The notes under the pieces: generated by a model | What the model was told of the DNA's origin: nothing | Databases searched by the model: none | The model's input: the letters and a program-made list of their open reading frames with translations, nothing else | Source of the DNA: Eledone cirrhosa | Lineage: Eukaryota | Assembly: GCA_964016885.1 (NCBI GenBank) | Contig: OZ024740.1 | Span: forward strand, 179,304,001 to 179,368,000 | Length of the DNA stretch: 64,000 nucleotides | Direction: 5' to 3' | In this document: positions 1-14,700 of the stretch, piece by piece | Layout of the letters: every line of letters begins with the position of its first letter | Numbering within the stretch: position 1 is the stretch's first letter | Made by a program: the position numbers and the translations under genes

Positions 1-258
1 GCAGTATCGGTAGAGGGTTGGATGCCATGCCTTCTAGTATAGTTACGTCCCTTTACGGTCTGAGTTCAAATCCCGCCGAGGTTAACTTTGCCTTTCATCC
101 TTACGGGGTCGATAAAATAAAGTACCAGTAATGTACTGGGTAATTGCTGGCCTTGTGCCTAAAGTAGAAACAATTATTTTATTGATGGCTAAAATAAAGT
201 ACCAGTAATGCACTGGATCATTGATGGCCTTGTGCCTAACGTAGAAACAATTATTTTA
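1..258 (+). mobile_element. tRNA-derived SINE (family A), with duplicated 3' part at 191-258
   Basis: B-box-like GAGTTCAAATCC, core GCCTTTCATCCTTACGGGGTCGATAAAATAAAGTACCAG, 3' end GGCCTTGTGCCTAAAGTAGAAACAATTATT; more than 10 copies in the window. Confidence 0.85.
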
Positions 259-617
259 TTGATGACTTTTAAAATACTCTTTACATGTTTGAATTTCAGA
301 AGTTCAGATTGAGCAAAAAAAAGAAAAGGATTAATAAAAAAAATCTAAATGTATTTTTTTGGTATGCCCTTTTCACTGACAACATACCAACTGATTCATC
401 TATGAGTAAAGCATTATATATGATGACTGTAATAGGGAGCAGTATTCAAAAATTCACCACTGGAAAAAACTAATATTTTTATCTAGATGATTTACTTTGA
501 CCAAACGGCAATATATATTCTGCTATAATTCATACTTTGGTTAAAATTCAGCAATCATATTTGAACGGTCAAATATTTTGTAATGTGTGCCAAATATACT
601 GTAACTTTCATAAAATA

Positions 618-645
618 CCCGGGTATCACCGGGTAGCTCAGCTAG
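618..645 (+). mobile_element. Helitron-like 3' terminus
   Basis: GC hairpin CCCGGGTATCACCGGG followed ~10 nt later by CTAG|T; matching motif on the minus strand at 7147-7175. Confidence 0.5.
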
Positions 646-655
646 TATATATATA

Positions 656-1110
656 AAATAAGTAAGTCAAACATGTTAAATTTGGCTTCGTTTATTATAA
701 ATTCTCTGCTATATATATTTTAGTGACAGCTATTATTGGCTGTGACCTCATCGGGCAGTACGAATTAATGTAGAAAAAACAGGTAAACATGTTGTTGAAA
801 TGTGTTCCACTCTGTCAATTCATCAACATGTCCAGCTCCTGGGTGTGTTGTTAGTCCTCTGAGGAACTGGGATCATGGAACTGGAATCAGATATGATTCC
901 AGTTACTCGGAGGACTTCCCAATAAGGTCACAGCCAATAATAGCTGTGACTGAAATATATATAGCAGAGAATTTATAATAAACGAAGCCAAATTTAACAT
1001 GTTTGACTTACTTATTTTACATTACTCCGGAGTAAGCAAACCAACCTGCGTACTTAGTCGAGTACTCCAATCTCCATACTGAGGTGTCGGCAACCAACCA
1101 ACATACTCAA
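656..1110. mobile_element. PLE fold-back remnant (family B) between (TA)n tracts
   Basis: Inverted arms 656-748 / 925-1018, right arm extended by a ~90-bp tail; decayed HHR at 706-758 (minus); homologous to 2385-2662 and 48602-48830. Confidence 0.8.
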
Positions 1111-1125
1111 TATATATATATATAT

Positions 1126-1300
1126 CAAGATGGATTTAGGTTAAAACTGGTTAGTCCACTACTCACTAGAGGACTCGATGCTTGGGGTAGTAGTGTATGG
1201 TTATATTATAGAGTGTCAGGACCCCGTACGGCTGAGCTCTTTCCGTTTGAACAGCTTGAAACGCAAGAGCTAAGCCGTCGTTGCCCTGACTCTTTTTAGT
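1126..1300. mobile_element. Small fold-back remnant related to the 3' end of the 51-53 kb PLE
   Basis: Hairpin GTCAGGACCCCGTACGGCTGAGCTC...GAGCTAAGCCGTCGTTGCCCTGAC; shares GGACCCC-ACGGCTGA with 21438 and 51055; flanked by (TA)n. Confidence 0.6.
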
Positions 1301-2038
1301 GTATATATATATATATATATATATATGCTCATTAATGACAACAGAAGCCAGATTGGAAACGTTCTTTAAAATTACAAGAGTTACCTCCCTCACACCCTAC
1401 CTAATCCTTTTTCTTAAATAAATTAAATATCACCCAGCAAGAATTGCTTCCCCCTGTATATTAACTCTCTAAAAAGGGAAATCATATCAAACCTCAGTCC
1501 ACCATTTGCCTCCATCACGGAATCATGGATCAACTAAACACTCTTGCTATATTAATACATTTTGATCTGCTTAACTTCAATGACTGTGCTTGTAAATAAC
1601 ATTATTTTTTCTTCCACATTGACTTTTTACGTTCCACATTATGCACGTTTTTTTTCCTTTTTCTTTTTCTTTTCACTTCTTAAACCTTGTTTGTAAATAA
1701 CATTATTCTTTCTGCACCTTCTGTTTAACATGTGCGACACCACACTAATACATTTCACTATCATTTGATAATGCATATAAATGGTGAAACCGGTAATAGA
1801 CAATAATTAAATATATAAATAGATAAATAAATGCCATTGTTAAATAATAAATAAATCAACTAATACCTTAACACTTCACACAAAGTAAAACATTTCGTTT
1901 TAATCAGTTTCTAACCCAGAAAAAAGAGAGAGAGAAACAAAAACGGGAAAAAAAAATATTTTTCTTCCTCCTAATCGTCTCTTTCTCCCTGTTTTCATAT
2001 ATATATATATATCCTAACTCGTGTGCTTCCTCTCCACA

Positions 2039-2112
<74 letters not shown>

Positions 2113-2474
2113 TGTCAAAACAGGGTGATAGTGATTGACCTGCTAACTGACCTGATCGCACCACTGCCACTACAGGCAAGTAGGCCAACTGGACCAGCAT
2201 ATATATGCAATTAAAAGCCACCCTAACAGGCTGACTTGTTTCTAGGAAATCTGATCGAAGAATTTCATTAGACCTACGGCTGGGGTGTTGATATGATATC
2301 TGACCAATGAGGTGAAGGTATGTCCTTTGGATGCTGGAATTCATTCATTCTCAATCATATGCTTTCCGCTCCTTGGATGGATACCCACCATACTCCGATC
2401 TGAACATATCAACGAATTAACAAGGTTAAATCTATTCCAACATTTTGTTTTCCTGTTTTTCTGTTCAAGTTCTA

Positions 2475-2533
2475 GCTGCCTGATGAGGTCATAGCTGTTG
2501 AATAATGATTATCACTGAAATATATATAGTAGC
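2475..2533 (+). ncRNA. Type-I hammerhead ribozyme motif (family B)
   Basis: GCTGC-CTGATGA-stem II-GAAA-TATATA-TA-GTAGC; stem I GCTGC/GTAGC. Confidence 0.7.
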
Positions 2534-2674
2534 GAATATGAATAAACGAAGTTAATTATAACCTTGACTTACATTACACTGGAGTTAACAGACCCACCAG
2601 CACACTTCGTTGAGTGCTCTAGCCTGCATACTGAAGTGTCGGTAATCAACCAACACATGCTCATATATATATAC

Positions 2675-3118
2675 ATTTGTTAGGTTTGTAACAACAGTTA
2701 CAGGTGGTGCGCTGTTCAAAGCACCCAATGCTGTTACGAGGTCCGTTTCGTTTGGGTTGTATTCCAGGGGCACGGCTGTAGTGTGGAGACAGTAGATATA
2801 TTTATAAAATTCGAAGTCAGTGTTGTAGTATATGTACAGACTTTATTTGCATATTATAATTGTTTCGATATCGATCAGCTCAGAGTACAATCAAGGTGAT
2901 GGGGCCTGACTCTCTTTCGACATCTCGTCAGATATATGAGCAAAAACACATCTAAACAGTTTAGATGTGTTTTTGCACATATACGCTCACATATTTGACG
3001 AGATGTTGAAAAAGAGCCGGGCCCCGCCACTTTGATTATAACCTGAGTTGATCGCTATCGAAACAATTTTGATATGCAAATAAAGTTTGTGCATATGCTG
3101 CAAAACTGAGATTGAATC
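2675..3118. mobile_element. PLE fold-back remnant with an HHR in each arm
   Basis: Inverted arms ~2810-2955 / 2960-3118 with a perfect hairpin centre near 2958; left arm carries an extra tail (2675-2810). Confidence 0.8.
2851..2935 (-). ncRNA. Type-I hammerhead motif with extended stem II
   Basis: ATAT-CTGACGA-GATGTCGA...TCGATATC-GAAA-CAATTA-TA-ATAT; decayed mirror copy at 2990-3076 (plus). Confidence 0.7.
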
Positions 3119-3148
3119 ATATATATATCTATATCTATATATATCTAT

Positions 3149-3329
<181 letters not shown>

Positions 3330-3332
3330 GTA

Positions 3333-4060
3333 TATCTTATGTTAACTATTTTCTCATTTTGACGCTATAGTCACATATATGTTATGGAATACTGTTAGCT
3401 TCTCGCTACAACAATTTCTATACTTTTCATTTATATATATATACTCGGATTTATTTCCTAGAGTGCTTAAATTATTTGTGACTAATCCCGGTATTAAAAA
3501 AAAAAGACCGCCATGATATTGCTTTTTGCTGAACTCCTTTTGTAGAGTTTTATTTCGGAATGTTTTTGACTGTTGTTTCATATAAACAAACATTTGCCTC
3601 ATTCTGACGTCACCAGCCCTGTTTTTCCACATGTGCGTTTATTTTAATAATCACGCATGATGTTAAACTAGCCTGCTTTTAAATTCCCTTTTTGGCATAT
3701 TACCAGTGAGACCTTGGTTACCATGTTAAGCTCTGCTGATGAACGAAATCCAACTGTGACCATCCCCACTGAAAGTTTTCGTGAAATAGTCTTTTCAAGA
3801 CTATACAGATACAGAGCATTTGAAGTTGTCCCAAATTGAAGGTTGAGTACTTTAGACTTTGTTTTATCATGAGTTAAGGCTCTATTGATTTTTCCCTGGA
3901 TTTCTCTAAACTCTGTTGGATAAATCTATATCCTGATTCCTTTTGAATTGAGTCTGAATTATTTTTCCCATATCTTATGTTAACTATTTTCCCATTTTGA
4001 CGCTATAGTCACATATATGTTATGGAATAACTTTTCGCTGCAACAATTTCTATACTTTTC

Positions 4061-4065
<5 letters not shown>
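3333..4065 (+). mobile_element. HHR-bearing PLE pLTR-like remnant with a direct repeat of its ~100-bp 3' end
   Basis: 3333-3435 repeats 3972-4065, each ending in (TA)n; a third copy of this end lies at 48470-48561 (minus). Confidence 0.7.
3730..3817 (+). ncRNA. Type-I hammerhead ribozyme with a full stem III
   Basis: GCTCTG-CTGATGA-ACGAAA...TTTCGT-GAAA-TAGTCTT TTC AAGACTA-TA-CAGA(TA)CAGAGC. Confidence 0.85.
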
Positions 4066-4120
<55 letters not shown>

Positions 4121-5673
4121 TTTTACCATATAGGGCGAGGTGCGAATGCATGTCGAGATTTGAACTATGAACGTAAGAGAAAGCTATATAACACTGTAAT
4201 GATATTTTTAGACCAGTGTTTCATACAGATGTTTTGATTTTTTGTTACCCCTGTGATGCTAATAAGATATTGATTGACTGATTGATTGATTATTCATAAA
4301 CTGACAAGAAAAGAAAACGAAATACAATTATTCAATTTAGCCATTGAATTTCTTTAAATTATTGTAAAACATTCAATAATTGTCCATACATGAAAGTTGT
4401 CATTGTCATTGAAATTCCTGTGAGAGAGAAGGCTGTATTAGCTTTCTTTTCACTGTTAATCCACATCGAAGTTGCAAACTACTTAGGCGATAATGAAATG
4501 GGAAATATCTCATTAGCGAATGGCTAATCACATAATTTCAAAGCATATGGGCCGACAGACGTTATCTAAAAAGAAGTGACATGAGAGCTCTCATAAACAT
4601 TATATTATTTTTGTATAAATATAATGTGTGGTTGTGTTTGCCGATTGGTGGCAATGAGTCAGCTAGTTTGGTAGGCAACACACTGTGCGACAATCTTTTA
4701 ACTATATTGAGTCATATATTTTCATCTCCGCAATTCCCGGTTGTAGCCAAAATAAATGAGGCTTATTCGTTACCCTGATAAAGCTTTTAGTGGCAAGCCA
4801 AGAATTTATAAATTGCGTACGAATTTTCAGTGATGCTTTACGTGTGCATATGAGGTTTTCAGGCGACCAAATGTAAAAATATTTTATAATAAATAAAGCC
4901 GCCAACGTTTCAAACTAAATATTAACGTCATTAAAATGATTATACTTATATAACATAATTGTTAAACACAAACTACAAGGTATTTCGCTATTCCTTTTAA
5001 AGCAAATAAAAGACGAATCATGGAATCAATACCTGTATCAAATTCTATGAAATCAAACTTATGCTATAAAAAATGTATACTGTAGTTATATTGTAAATAC
5101 AGAATTGCGAAACATTGTGAAGATAAACAAATAAATATCGAGTTTTGGAGTAGTTCTAACATATCCTAGTTAATATTTTAATCGGATCTGCGTGAATGGG
5201 AGGTACAACCATAGATAGTATGAATATGAATAACGTTTCAAAATGTCAATGAACTTTTTTTTGCAAATAATTTATAAAATAGCACTTATGGTTCATGTCC
5301 AATATGATGTGAGTGAATTCCTTCCATTCATAATGTGGAAGGAAGCATTGGTAGAAGGACGTGCAGGATACATATATCTAGTCTTTTTTGTGTTGTTTAT
5401 AAATTCAAGTAGCTAATGACGCGTGAATTAATACTTAATACCATGGTAAAGATTGATATTTTCTTTATTAAGAACTTATTCGTGTCTTGGCACGCTGGAT
5501 TCATCTTATGTGCTCACAAGTCATTTAATGACCTTGTGATTATACAGAAAAAACTCCAGAGTAACAAAATTAAAAATACATACATACACACACATACACA
5601 CACACAGACATACATACACGCGCGCACACACACATACACACACACATACATACATACACGCGCGCACACGCAC

Positions 5674-5760
<87 letters not shown>

Positions 5761-5921
5761 ATAAAGAAGAGAGTCGGTTTTAAATGTAAATCCTCTATTT
5801 ATTGTATACTCCTGTTATACACATTTGATAATACTTTAAGGAGCACAATTCATAGAGTGCTTTACGTCTGTTTACAACTAACGTCGGTGGATTATGTGAT
5901 CATCTAACTTTTCTTAACTTT

Positions 5922-5984
<63 letters not shown>

Positions 5985-5987
<3 letters not shown>

Positions 5988-6355
5988 ATAATAATAAATT
6001 TGAAGTCTAAAATCCAAAGAGGGCTCGATAAGGATAAATATATATCAAATATATAAGAACCGTAGAGCAAATATTTATTAAAATAACAGATTAAAGTTTA
6101 AGCAAAGAATCGCTGCTTTCACCCTTAACGGGATCTTCTGAAACTAACAAAGTCAATCTGTAAACGCAGAACTGGATATGTAAAAAAACGTTGCAACCGG
6201 AGGAAGACAAGTATCGTCTTCCTGTCTTTCTCCGGTTGCAACGTTTTTTGAAATATCCAGTTCTGCGTTTACAGATTGACTTTGTTAGTTTAAGAAGATC
6301 CCGTTAAGGGTTAAAGCAGCGATTCTTTGCTTAAACTTTAATCTGTTATTTTAAT
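5985..6355. mobile_element. PLE-type fold-back remnant (family C)
   Basis: Near-perfect arms 6076-6208 / 6222-6355 plus tail 5985-6075, between (TA)n tracts; HHR-like GAAGA-TCCCGTTAAGGG-T-GAAA; other pieces at 30352-30436, 41383-41530, 49266-49446, 54285-54600. Confidence 0.8.
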
Positions 6356-7146
6356 ATATATATATATATACCCGTATCTGGTTCACGAACAAAAAGAGTA
6401 CTCACTACCCAAGTAGAGTTTAAATATTATGGCTAAGTTGTGAGTCTTGTTGATGTAGAGTTTTATCTGCGTGTATTCAATGGGTTAGTGAATGCGCAGG
6501 TAAAACTCCTGAGTAGAAAGACTCATGGCAACATGACCTTCCGAAAGTATAGCTATATATATATCTATGTATAAGAAGAAACAGGGGCTGTGTACTTGTT
6601 GGATAAGCTGTACTTATAAATAAGAGGAAAGCATGAGCGGGAGAACATTTTCCCTCCTCAGTTGTCTGCTGGGGATCATGGATATTTCTACGCATCCCAG
6701 TGAGTCAATAACTAAAGGAAGTTATTGGGAAAAAAAGGGAGAGAGCGAAAAATATATATAACAGAAGGGAAAAGGGAAGAAAAGGAAAAAACAGCAGAAA
6801 AAAAAAAAACAGGGAACAACAAACCAAAGAGGGAAACCCAAAGCGCATGTGTATGAGCAACTGGAAGAGAGAGAAAAAATTAATGTCAACATCAACTACT
6901 GAACTTAAGTTCCAGGCTGTGTGGACGAGAAAAAAAAACACGTCTGACCTCCGCATAATGAACATTATTTTCCCGAAGATGGTTAGCGAATTCTCATATA
7001 GCTTTGAAATATCATTGCTATTATTTAAGAAATGAATTGATTAAATTATAAATATTTACTCTATTAAAAACTAAGTTCTGACTCACTTATCGACTACCAA
7101 GTTGTCTAGATCTGAACACTATATGTATATATACAACTATATAATT

Positions 7147-7175
7147 ACTAGCTGAGGTACCCGGCTTCGCCCGGG
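7147..7175 (-). mobile_element. Helitron-like 3' terminus
   Basis: Minus strand CCCGGGCGAAGCCGGG-TACCTCAG-CTAG|T. Confidence 0.5.
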
Positions 7176-7811
7176 AGAATAGTTAAGAGACGACGGATAA
7201 AAGAGACAACTGTATTGGATGTGTTGTCTGGTATGAGGTGAGACCGTAATGTGTGGGTGTGTGAGTGTGTGTGAGAGAGACATAAACAAAACAATCACAA
7301 AACTTCCTTATTAGACTGGGGGAGTAAACTGCCGATTAAATGGTAGCATTAGCCTTGAATTTTAAATGTTGTGAAATAACCATAGTCAGTATGATATTTT
7401 TCAGCTTCAAAGGACGTCATCTAACACGCAGCAATATACCGTATAACATTGCTATTGAAGTATTGCTTCGTTAGCAGGGTCTGTAAGTATTATATGGATA
7501 AAAGCTGGAGGGTAGATTAATTTCGAATAGTAACAATTTTTCTTTGTTCTGTAAAATCAAAGACTCTAAAGCGAATTTATAAAAACTAACGCAATGTTAA
7601 GCCTTTCTATAGATCAAAGGATCTATAGTTTAAGCCGTTTCTAGACTTTCGTGGGATGCTACTCTCTCTCTCTCTCTCCCTCTCTCTCTCTCTCTCCCCC
7701 TCTCTCTGAATATCTAACACTTTAATTGTATCTCCCTCTGTATAACGGCCTATCTCTCTCTTTCTGCCTCTCCCTCTGTGTTTCTCTCTCTTTAGATGGG
7801 TGTGTATGTAT

Positions 7812-7875
<64 letters not shown>

Positions 7876-8011
7876 TTTTCTTGTGATTCAAGCAAGCAAG
7901 CAACCAATAAACATCTATATTTTATATATATAGATTTAACACTGATATCTAGATTTTCTACGTTTTTTCTCTTAAGGCACCCATTCTTTCTTTCTATTTG
8001 TATATATATAT

Positions 8012-8955
<944 letters not shown>

Positions 8956-8979
8956 AGATATATATTTGTTTGCTAGACT

Positions 8980-9320
8980 CAGACACGAACGCACTCACCA
9001 AACAGAAAACACACTTCAAAGGTATGCGCAGAGACAGAGACAAGAATAAATAAACAACTAAAATAAAAATGGTGTAGACATTACAATACAACGGGAGGAA
9101 ACATAATAATACCACTGATGATGCCACATATGTGTGGCGAAAGAAGTTTGATATACTATATATATTTATATCTGTATTTTTAAATGATAAATGCCAGATA
9201 AATTAACAATGGAGATATGAAAGATAGAGAAGCGAAAACCTATCCAAACCAAACAGTGAGTGTGTTTTATGGCAATATTATAACAATATGGCCCTCCCCA
9301 AATATAACAATATAACAATA
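8980..9320 (+). mobile_element. PLE 3' end (family E relative) with a decayed HHR at 9111-9153
   Basis: CTGATGA-TGCCACATATGTGTGGC-GAAA-GAAG; ends ...CCTCCCCAAATATAACAATATA; homologous to 26540-26935, 49740-50130 and 55340-55740. Confidence 0.7.
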
Positions 9321-9332
9321 TATATATATATA

Positions 9333-9370
<38 letters not shown>

Positions 9371-9725
9371 CATATGTGAATATGCACATGGCGTTGTATA
9401 GTATTTGTAACTATTGTAACTTGAAAGATCTAAATTGTCACTTACCATGAGCTCTCTATGTTGGAAGACAGCTTCTAGCGAGAGATCTGAAGTAGTCCAT
9501 GAAGCACTACATAGAACATTGAAAATTGAAATGCACTTTACGTTTATACTGAGATCTGTGGTATTTCTCTAAGCTATATATAAGAACAACAACAATTGTT
9601 ACAACAACAACAACAACTACTAATACTACTACTGCAGCAACAAGTGTAATCAATCTGTCACTCTAAAAATATTCATATACATGCACACACATACACACAC
9701 ACATAAACACACACACACACACACG

Positions 9726-9790
<65 letters not shown>

Positions 9791-9825
9791 ACAGACACAC
9801 AGACACACACACACACACACACAAA

Positions 9826-9910
<85 letters not shown>

Positions 9911-10644
9911 CTATTATATATATATATATATCGTTAACATGCGTTCCAAAAATAGAAACACATCTAATGAGGTTATAGAGTGCATATTTCAAAAATAAAT
10001 AGAATGGAACTGTCGAGATAGAAGATACTTATAAAACAAATGAAAAAAAAAAAATCCATGGAATAAAGTAAATCCAAGTACCATTTGAAATCCTACTCCT
10101 GTCCTGTAAATATAGAAGTAAAAATGGTTGCAGATAAAAATATAGTCGAGGAAGCCATCAGCTTTCTTTTCATCCATTTCAACGTTCAACGTTGTACCTG
10201 ATAAATTTTAGACGCCTCGGCACTCCTGCAACTTTAAAAGCGAATTAGGTTTTAGTTGAATACATTTTTACGTATATGATTAGTACTACTTCGTAATACA
10301 CACATAAGCATACAAACAAATAAACACACAAACAGATACACACATATATAGGATCTAAACGTAAATTATGATATTACTGATCCAATACATATACGTATAT
10401 ATCCTCAGTTTATTATATACAAAATTATATAATAAACCGTGGATGCATACAAAAAACCGTCTCACTTCTATAAGTCCCCAGTTCGTGGAGTGCTTACGCC
10501 TGTTTACACTACAATCGGTCGATTAATTGATCAACCGATGTTTCTTGACTTGAAATAATATATATATTTCGTCAACGGGTGACATCGTTGCAGTTCATGC
10601 CTGATACACACACACACACATATATATATTATATAAATAAACAC

Positions 10645-10689
<45 letters not shown>

Positions 10690-10695
10690 CATACA

Positions 10696-10753
<58 letters not shown>

Positions 10754-10796
10754 GATATTAAATAAATGGAAACTATATTTATAAAACCATATTTAT

Positions 10797-10852
10797 TCTA
10801 TTATATATATTTCAAGGGTACCAACAACTTTGGTACGCTTTCATCAGATAAA
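10797..10852 (-). ncRNA. Type-I hammerhead ribozyme
   Basis: TTTAT-CTGATGA-AAGCGTACCAA AGTTG TTGGTACCCTT-GAAA-TATATA-TA-ATAGA, in a ~170-bp insert between (TA)n tracts. Confidence 0.8.
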
Positions 10853-10920
10853 ATACAAAGTGTGTTTTATAAATTTTGACATAGTCAAGGAACATACCTT
10901 ATCAGTTGAATTTTCCTTGA

Positions 10921-10952
<32 letters not shown>

Positions 10953-11647
10953 GGGGTGGAGAAATATATGCATACATTTCTATCTCATCGCAACAGACCT
11001 AATTAAAGGAGTGCACTTCGGCTTTCTCAGTGATAAAAGTATAAGATATATGAAATTTAAGCGTTTGGACCGAGCTAATTTCTTTCATCTATGAAATACG
11101 ATCAAAGAAGGCAGTGGTATACTTTGATACAGTTGCTGTAACTATTGTAGGCAGATCTATTTTTATTTAACTTTGCCATTTTAGAAGAGGATTTTTTTCT
11201 GTGAAATACTGAATTTTTTTTTATTGATTTACAGAGTTTTTATTGAATAATTTCTATTATTTGATGTGAGGGAAAACCTATTCAGAAAAAAATTCAAGTT
11301 ATTCTAAATTATCATTCATCTATATATTACTGAATCTCTGTGATTTGTGCTTGTCTGTAATTTAATATAGCCAAAATGGTGCATAATGGGAAAATATTTT
11401 GAAAAGAAGTTGCCCCTGAAATGGGAATACAAATGGAATAAAACAACTTTCGCGTAAATCGGAGCCCGTGTTCCTGAGATACGCGCGCGCATACACCCAC
11501 ACACATACGCGCACACACTCACACACTCATATATATGGGCCTTCCTATTTCATTTTACATTTTATACATGTCTGTGTACATTTTAATTATCTAAACATTA
11601 TTTTTAAGTGATCGTTAAAGTTAAGTTTTTAAGTGATCGTAGATCAA

Positions 11648-11777
11648 AGTTAACCTCTGAGTTCAAATCCCGCCGAGGTTAACTTTGACTTTCATCCTTA
11701 CGGGGTCGATAAAATAAAGTACCAGTAATACACTGGGTAATTGCTGGCCTTGTGCCTAACGTAGAAACAATTATTTT
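11648..11777 (+). mobile_element. SINE family A, 5'-truncated
   Basis: Near-identical to 60-177; ATTATTTTTAAGTGATCGT repeated on both sides (TSD-like). Confidence 0.85.
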
Positions 11778-14700
11778 TAAGTGATCGTGACGCAACGCAT
11801 GGTCACGGATGGTCTAGTGTATAATAATAGTTGTGTATAATAAACATGGATACAATCCGTGTTCCCTTCAGTGGCAAAGATAAATTCTACATTCACTGTT
11901 AGTACATTTTCTATTGTATCTACATAAACTTTGTATGTAATATTTCGAACGGATTTGATCATAAAGCATATATCCCCGCCATTGCTTGTTCTCCATGTCT
12001 CTGTATGTCTTTAGATTTTCACAGAAATTTCTTTGTCAGTGGTATAGAAAGCCATCAGTTGTTCCTGCAGGCAAATCTCCCATCTTCCTAACACCGAAAT
12101 TCCAAATCTCAATCAACAATGCTTCCCATCAAGTACTCTAAAATAATCAAACTAGTAGTAGACTACTTTGGACTGATACCATAATCTTTGACCTCAAAAG
12201 GATGCACCATTTGACTTCGGCGTTATTTGAACTTAGAATGTCGAGAATTGAAACATATGACAAGCATTCTCTGTAAATTCTTTGTCAATTTATCAGCTGA
12301 AATATCGCTATAATCAAACACTTAAACGTGTGTGTGTCCTCTTTGATAATGTTATTTGAAAGATTGTCTATGTAGTTTTTACGGCAACTTTACATTACAT
12401 TTTCAGGGACAAGTGTAAAATTGAATGGTTAATATATATTTATAACAGGAAAGGAGAATTCATATATAAAGGATATATGAACGTATACCCTTTAATATTT
12501 TAACTTTTACTTTTGATTCCTTTTTCAATTCAATTTCACTCCTTACTAATTTTCAGTTTTACATCCTATCTACATTGCCGTGAGATTTTTGATTGCATCA
12601 AAATATATCAAACAGATTTCGTAATACGATTGTTTCAGATGTGGCGGTTGATGGCTGGTTGATTGTTTGGATGGATGATGGAGTTTTATTTTAATATAAC
12701 ATTTGATGTTTGTCAAAGTTGTTTGAAGACGTTTGCGGCATTGATCGAGGACAAAGTAACACTCTTTGAATACCTTGTATGATCCGACAATAAAACCGAA
12801 ACTGTCGAGAGTATTTCAAGATATATTGTGGCTATAGTGTGAAAGTGTGAAATAGATGGATGGATATATATATATATATATCCATCCATCTATTTCACAT
12901 ATATATATATATAAAGAATGAGAGGAGGAGAGAGGAAGGGATAGATATAGAGATAAAAATAGATAGATAGTTAGATAAGGAGCTAGAGAGGGAGGAACAT
13001 AGGTAGGGAAATCGTGTGATAGGGTGTTCTCTAAGCGACATTCATACTGTTTAGATACGGCTATTGAAACTAATGATCAAACGGAATTCTTCTATAAATC
13101 CCTTTGAGGGACAAAAGAAGATATGAAACTGACAAGTCAAGGCATTAATGTATCAATGTTATTATACAAAAGTACGCGGATAACTCAGATTTGTTATGAA
13201 TTTTTCTGTCACCATAAACGAACACAGTAAATTTAAATTGATAGAACTTTGAATAGTTGAAATCGCATAAAGAGATATATTTCTATAATTCTAGATATTT
13301 GGTTTGATCTACAATGCTTCAGAATAAAATGAATCAAGTATAAGGCTCTAAAATCGACGATTATCACCAAGTTATATTACTGCTATGTACGTTGAGAAGT
13401 ACTTTGATTGAGTCAGCAATTAGGACCATGTATCGCTTTAAAAAACACCTGCTTATTTTGTGTTGATATGACAGAGTACAAAATAGTCTGTATTTTGTAA
13501 CGACAAAAGTAGGATGTCATGGTATTTATAATTTATTCTAAAGATTTATTCTAAAGACTTTGTAGACAACATTCACAATGTTAGTGAAGTGAAGTACTGG
13601 GAACAAATCTCAAATTATAAATAGTTTATTTACTTGTACTGGACTCATCTATGTACTAATAATCTATATAAGGTTGCTCATGAATACCAGATTGTTGGAA
13701 TGTGTTGTAGAACAGATCTTAATGCGATCCTTGCCTGAGAGGATTTGCATTTTGAAGCTTAAGAAACTGAAAGGAAAGCCTCTCTGGGGGATGCAAGCTT
13801 ATGTGTCAAATGAAAATTCTAAATATACATCCTTTGTCGAAGTCACTGCAGCGTTATATATTAAGAGAATCATACGTTAATGCACATATATGTATAAGCA
13901 GCCCTCATTCTGCCAGGGGTGCTTTACCAGTGGCAGAACCCGCCTGCATTGACGCCGGCTGTTCGTACTCGAAGTCCATTGGCTATGCATTCACTGTCAG
14001 CAGTGCGTTAGCACCGACCATTCGCTTTCATCATCTTTTTGATACGCAAGTGTCGGCTCCCACTGGCGTCGACTGTTTGACATCACCACTAAACATATAG
14101 CCACATAGACCAATACACAAATATTATGAAAGAAGCAAATTACATCACAATAACAATAACTGTATTTAAACAATTGACATTACACAAACCTAAACCTGAA
14201 ATTCGGTGATTTCTGAGGATACCTCAGTAAAAGAATATACATTCGTATTCTTATGGAAACACACAATTAACCAGAGGAAGAGATCAGCCGTAAGTCCTTC
14301 AGCGAGTAAGATTATTCACTCATTTTCTCCTCCTCACCGAAACATGGCCTTACTCCGAATAGGTAGTGTGAATGCATTTAAACTGGGGTCGGCTTAGAAG
14401 GAGGATCACCTGCTCAACGACATTAGATCACTAACATACATGTGGTGGTTATGCGTAAGACAAGATTTCTGGCAGCAGAGCGGGAGGATTTTCAGATCTT
14501 TGAACCCGGAAGCGTGGCACTGTGACGAAATGATCCATCAAGGGGACCATATTTATAATTTTCGGGTCATAATTAAGCTAATCGCACAGTTCTAGATTTT
14601 ACCCAAGGTGTTAACATAGAGTTTGGCTTGTCGTGGATCGTCTGTAAGGCGGCTGTGGACATAGCCATTCTAAACCGAGCCATTCATGATAATTTCTGCC

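Noticed and set aside
1758-1799. HHR (…TTGATAA…GAAACCGGTAATAG)
   Set aside because: Too degenerate in the core and stem II to count, although the context resembles a decayed PLE end
6100-6150. Functional HHR in family C
   Set aside because: GAAGA-hairpin-GAAA is present, but stems I and III and the CUG start are not convincing in any copy; noted only as HHR-like
6615-6735. Hammerhead in the repeat shared with 30168-30300 (CTGA[G/C]GA plus hairpin on the minus strand)
   Set aside because: The hairpin is followed by CTT rather than GAAA in both copies; core incomplete
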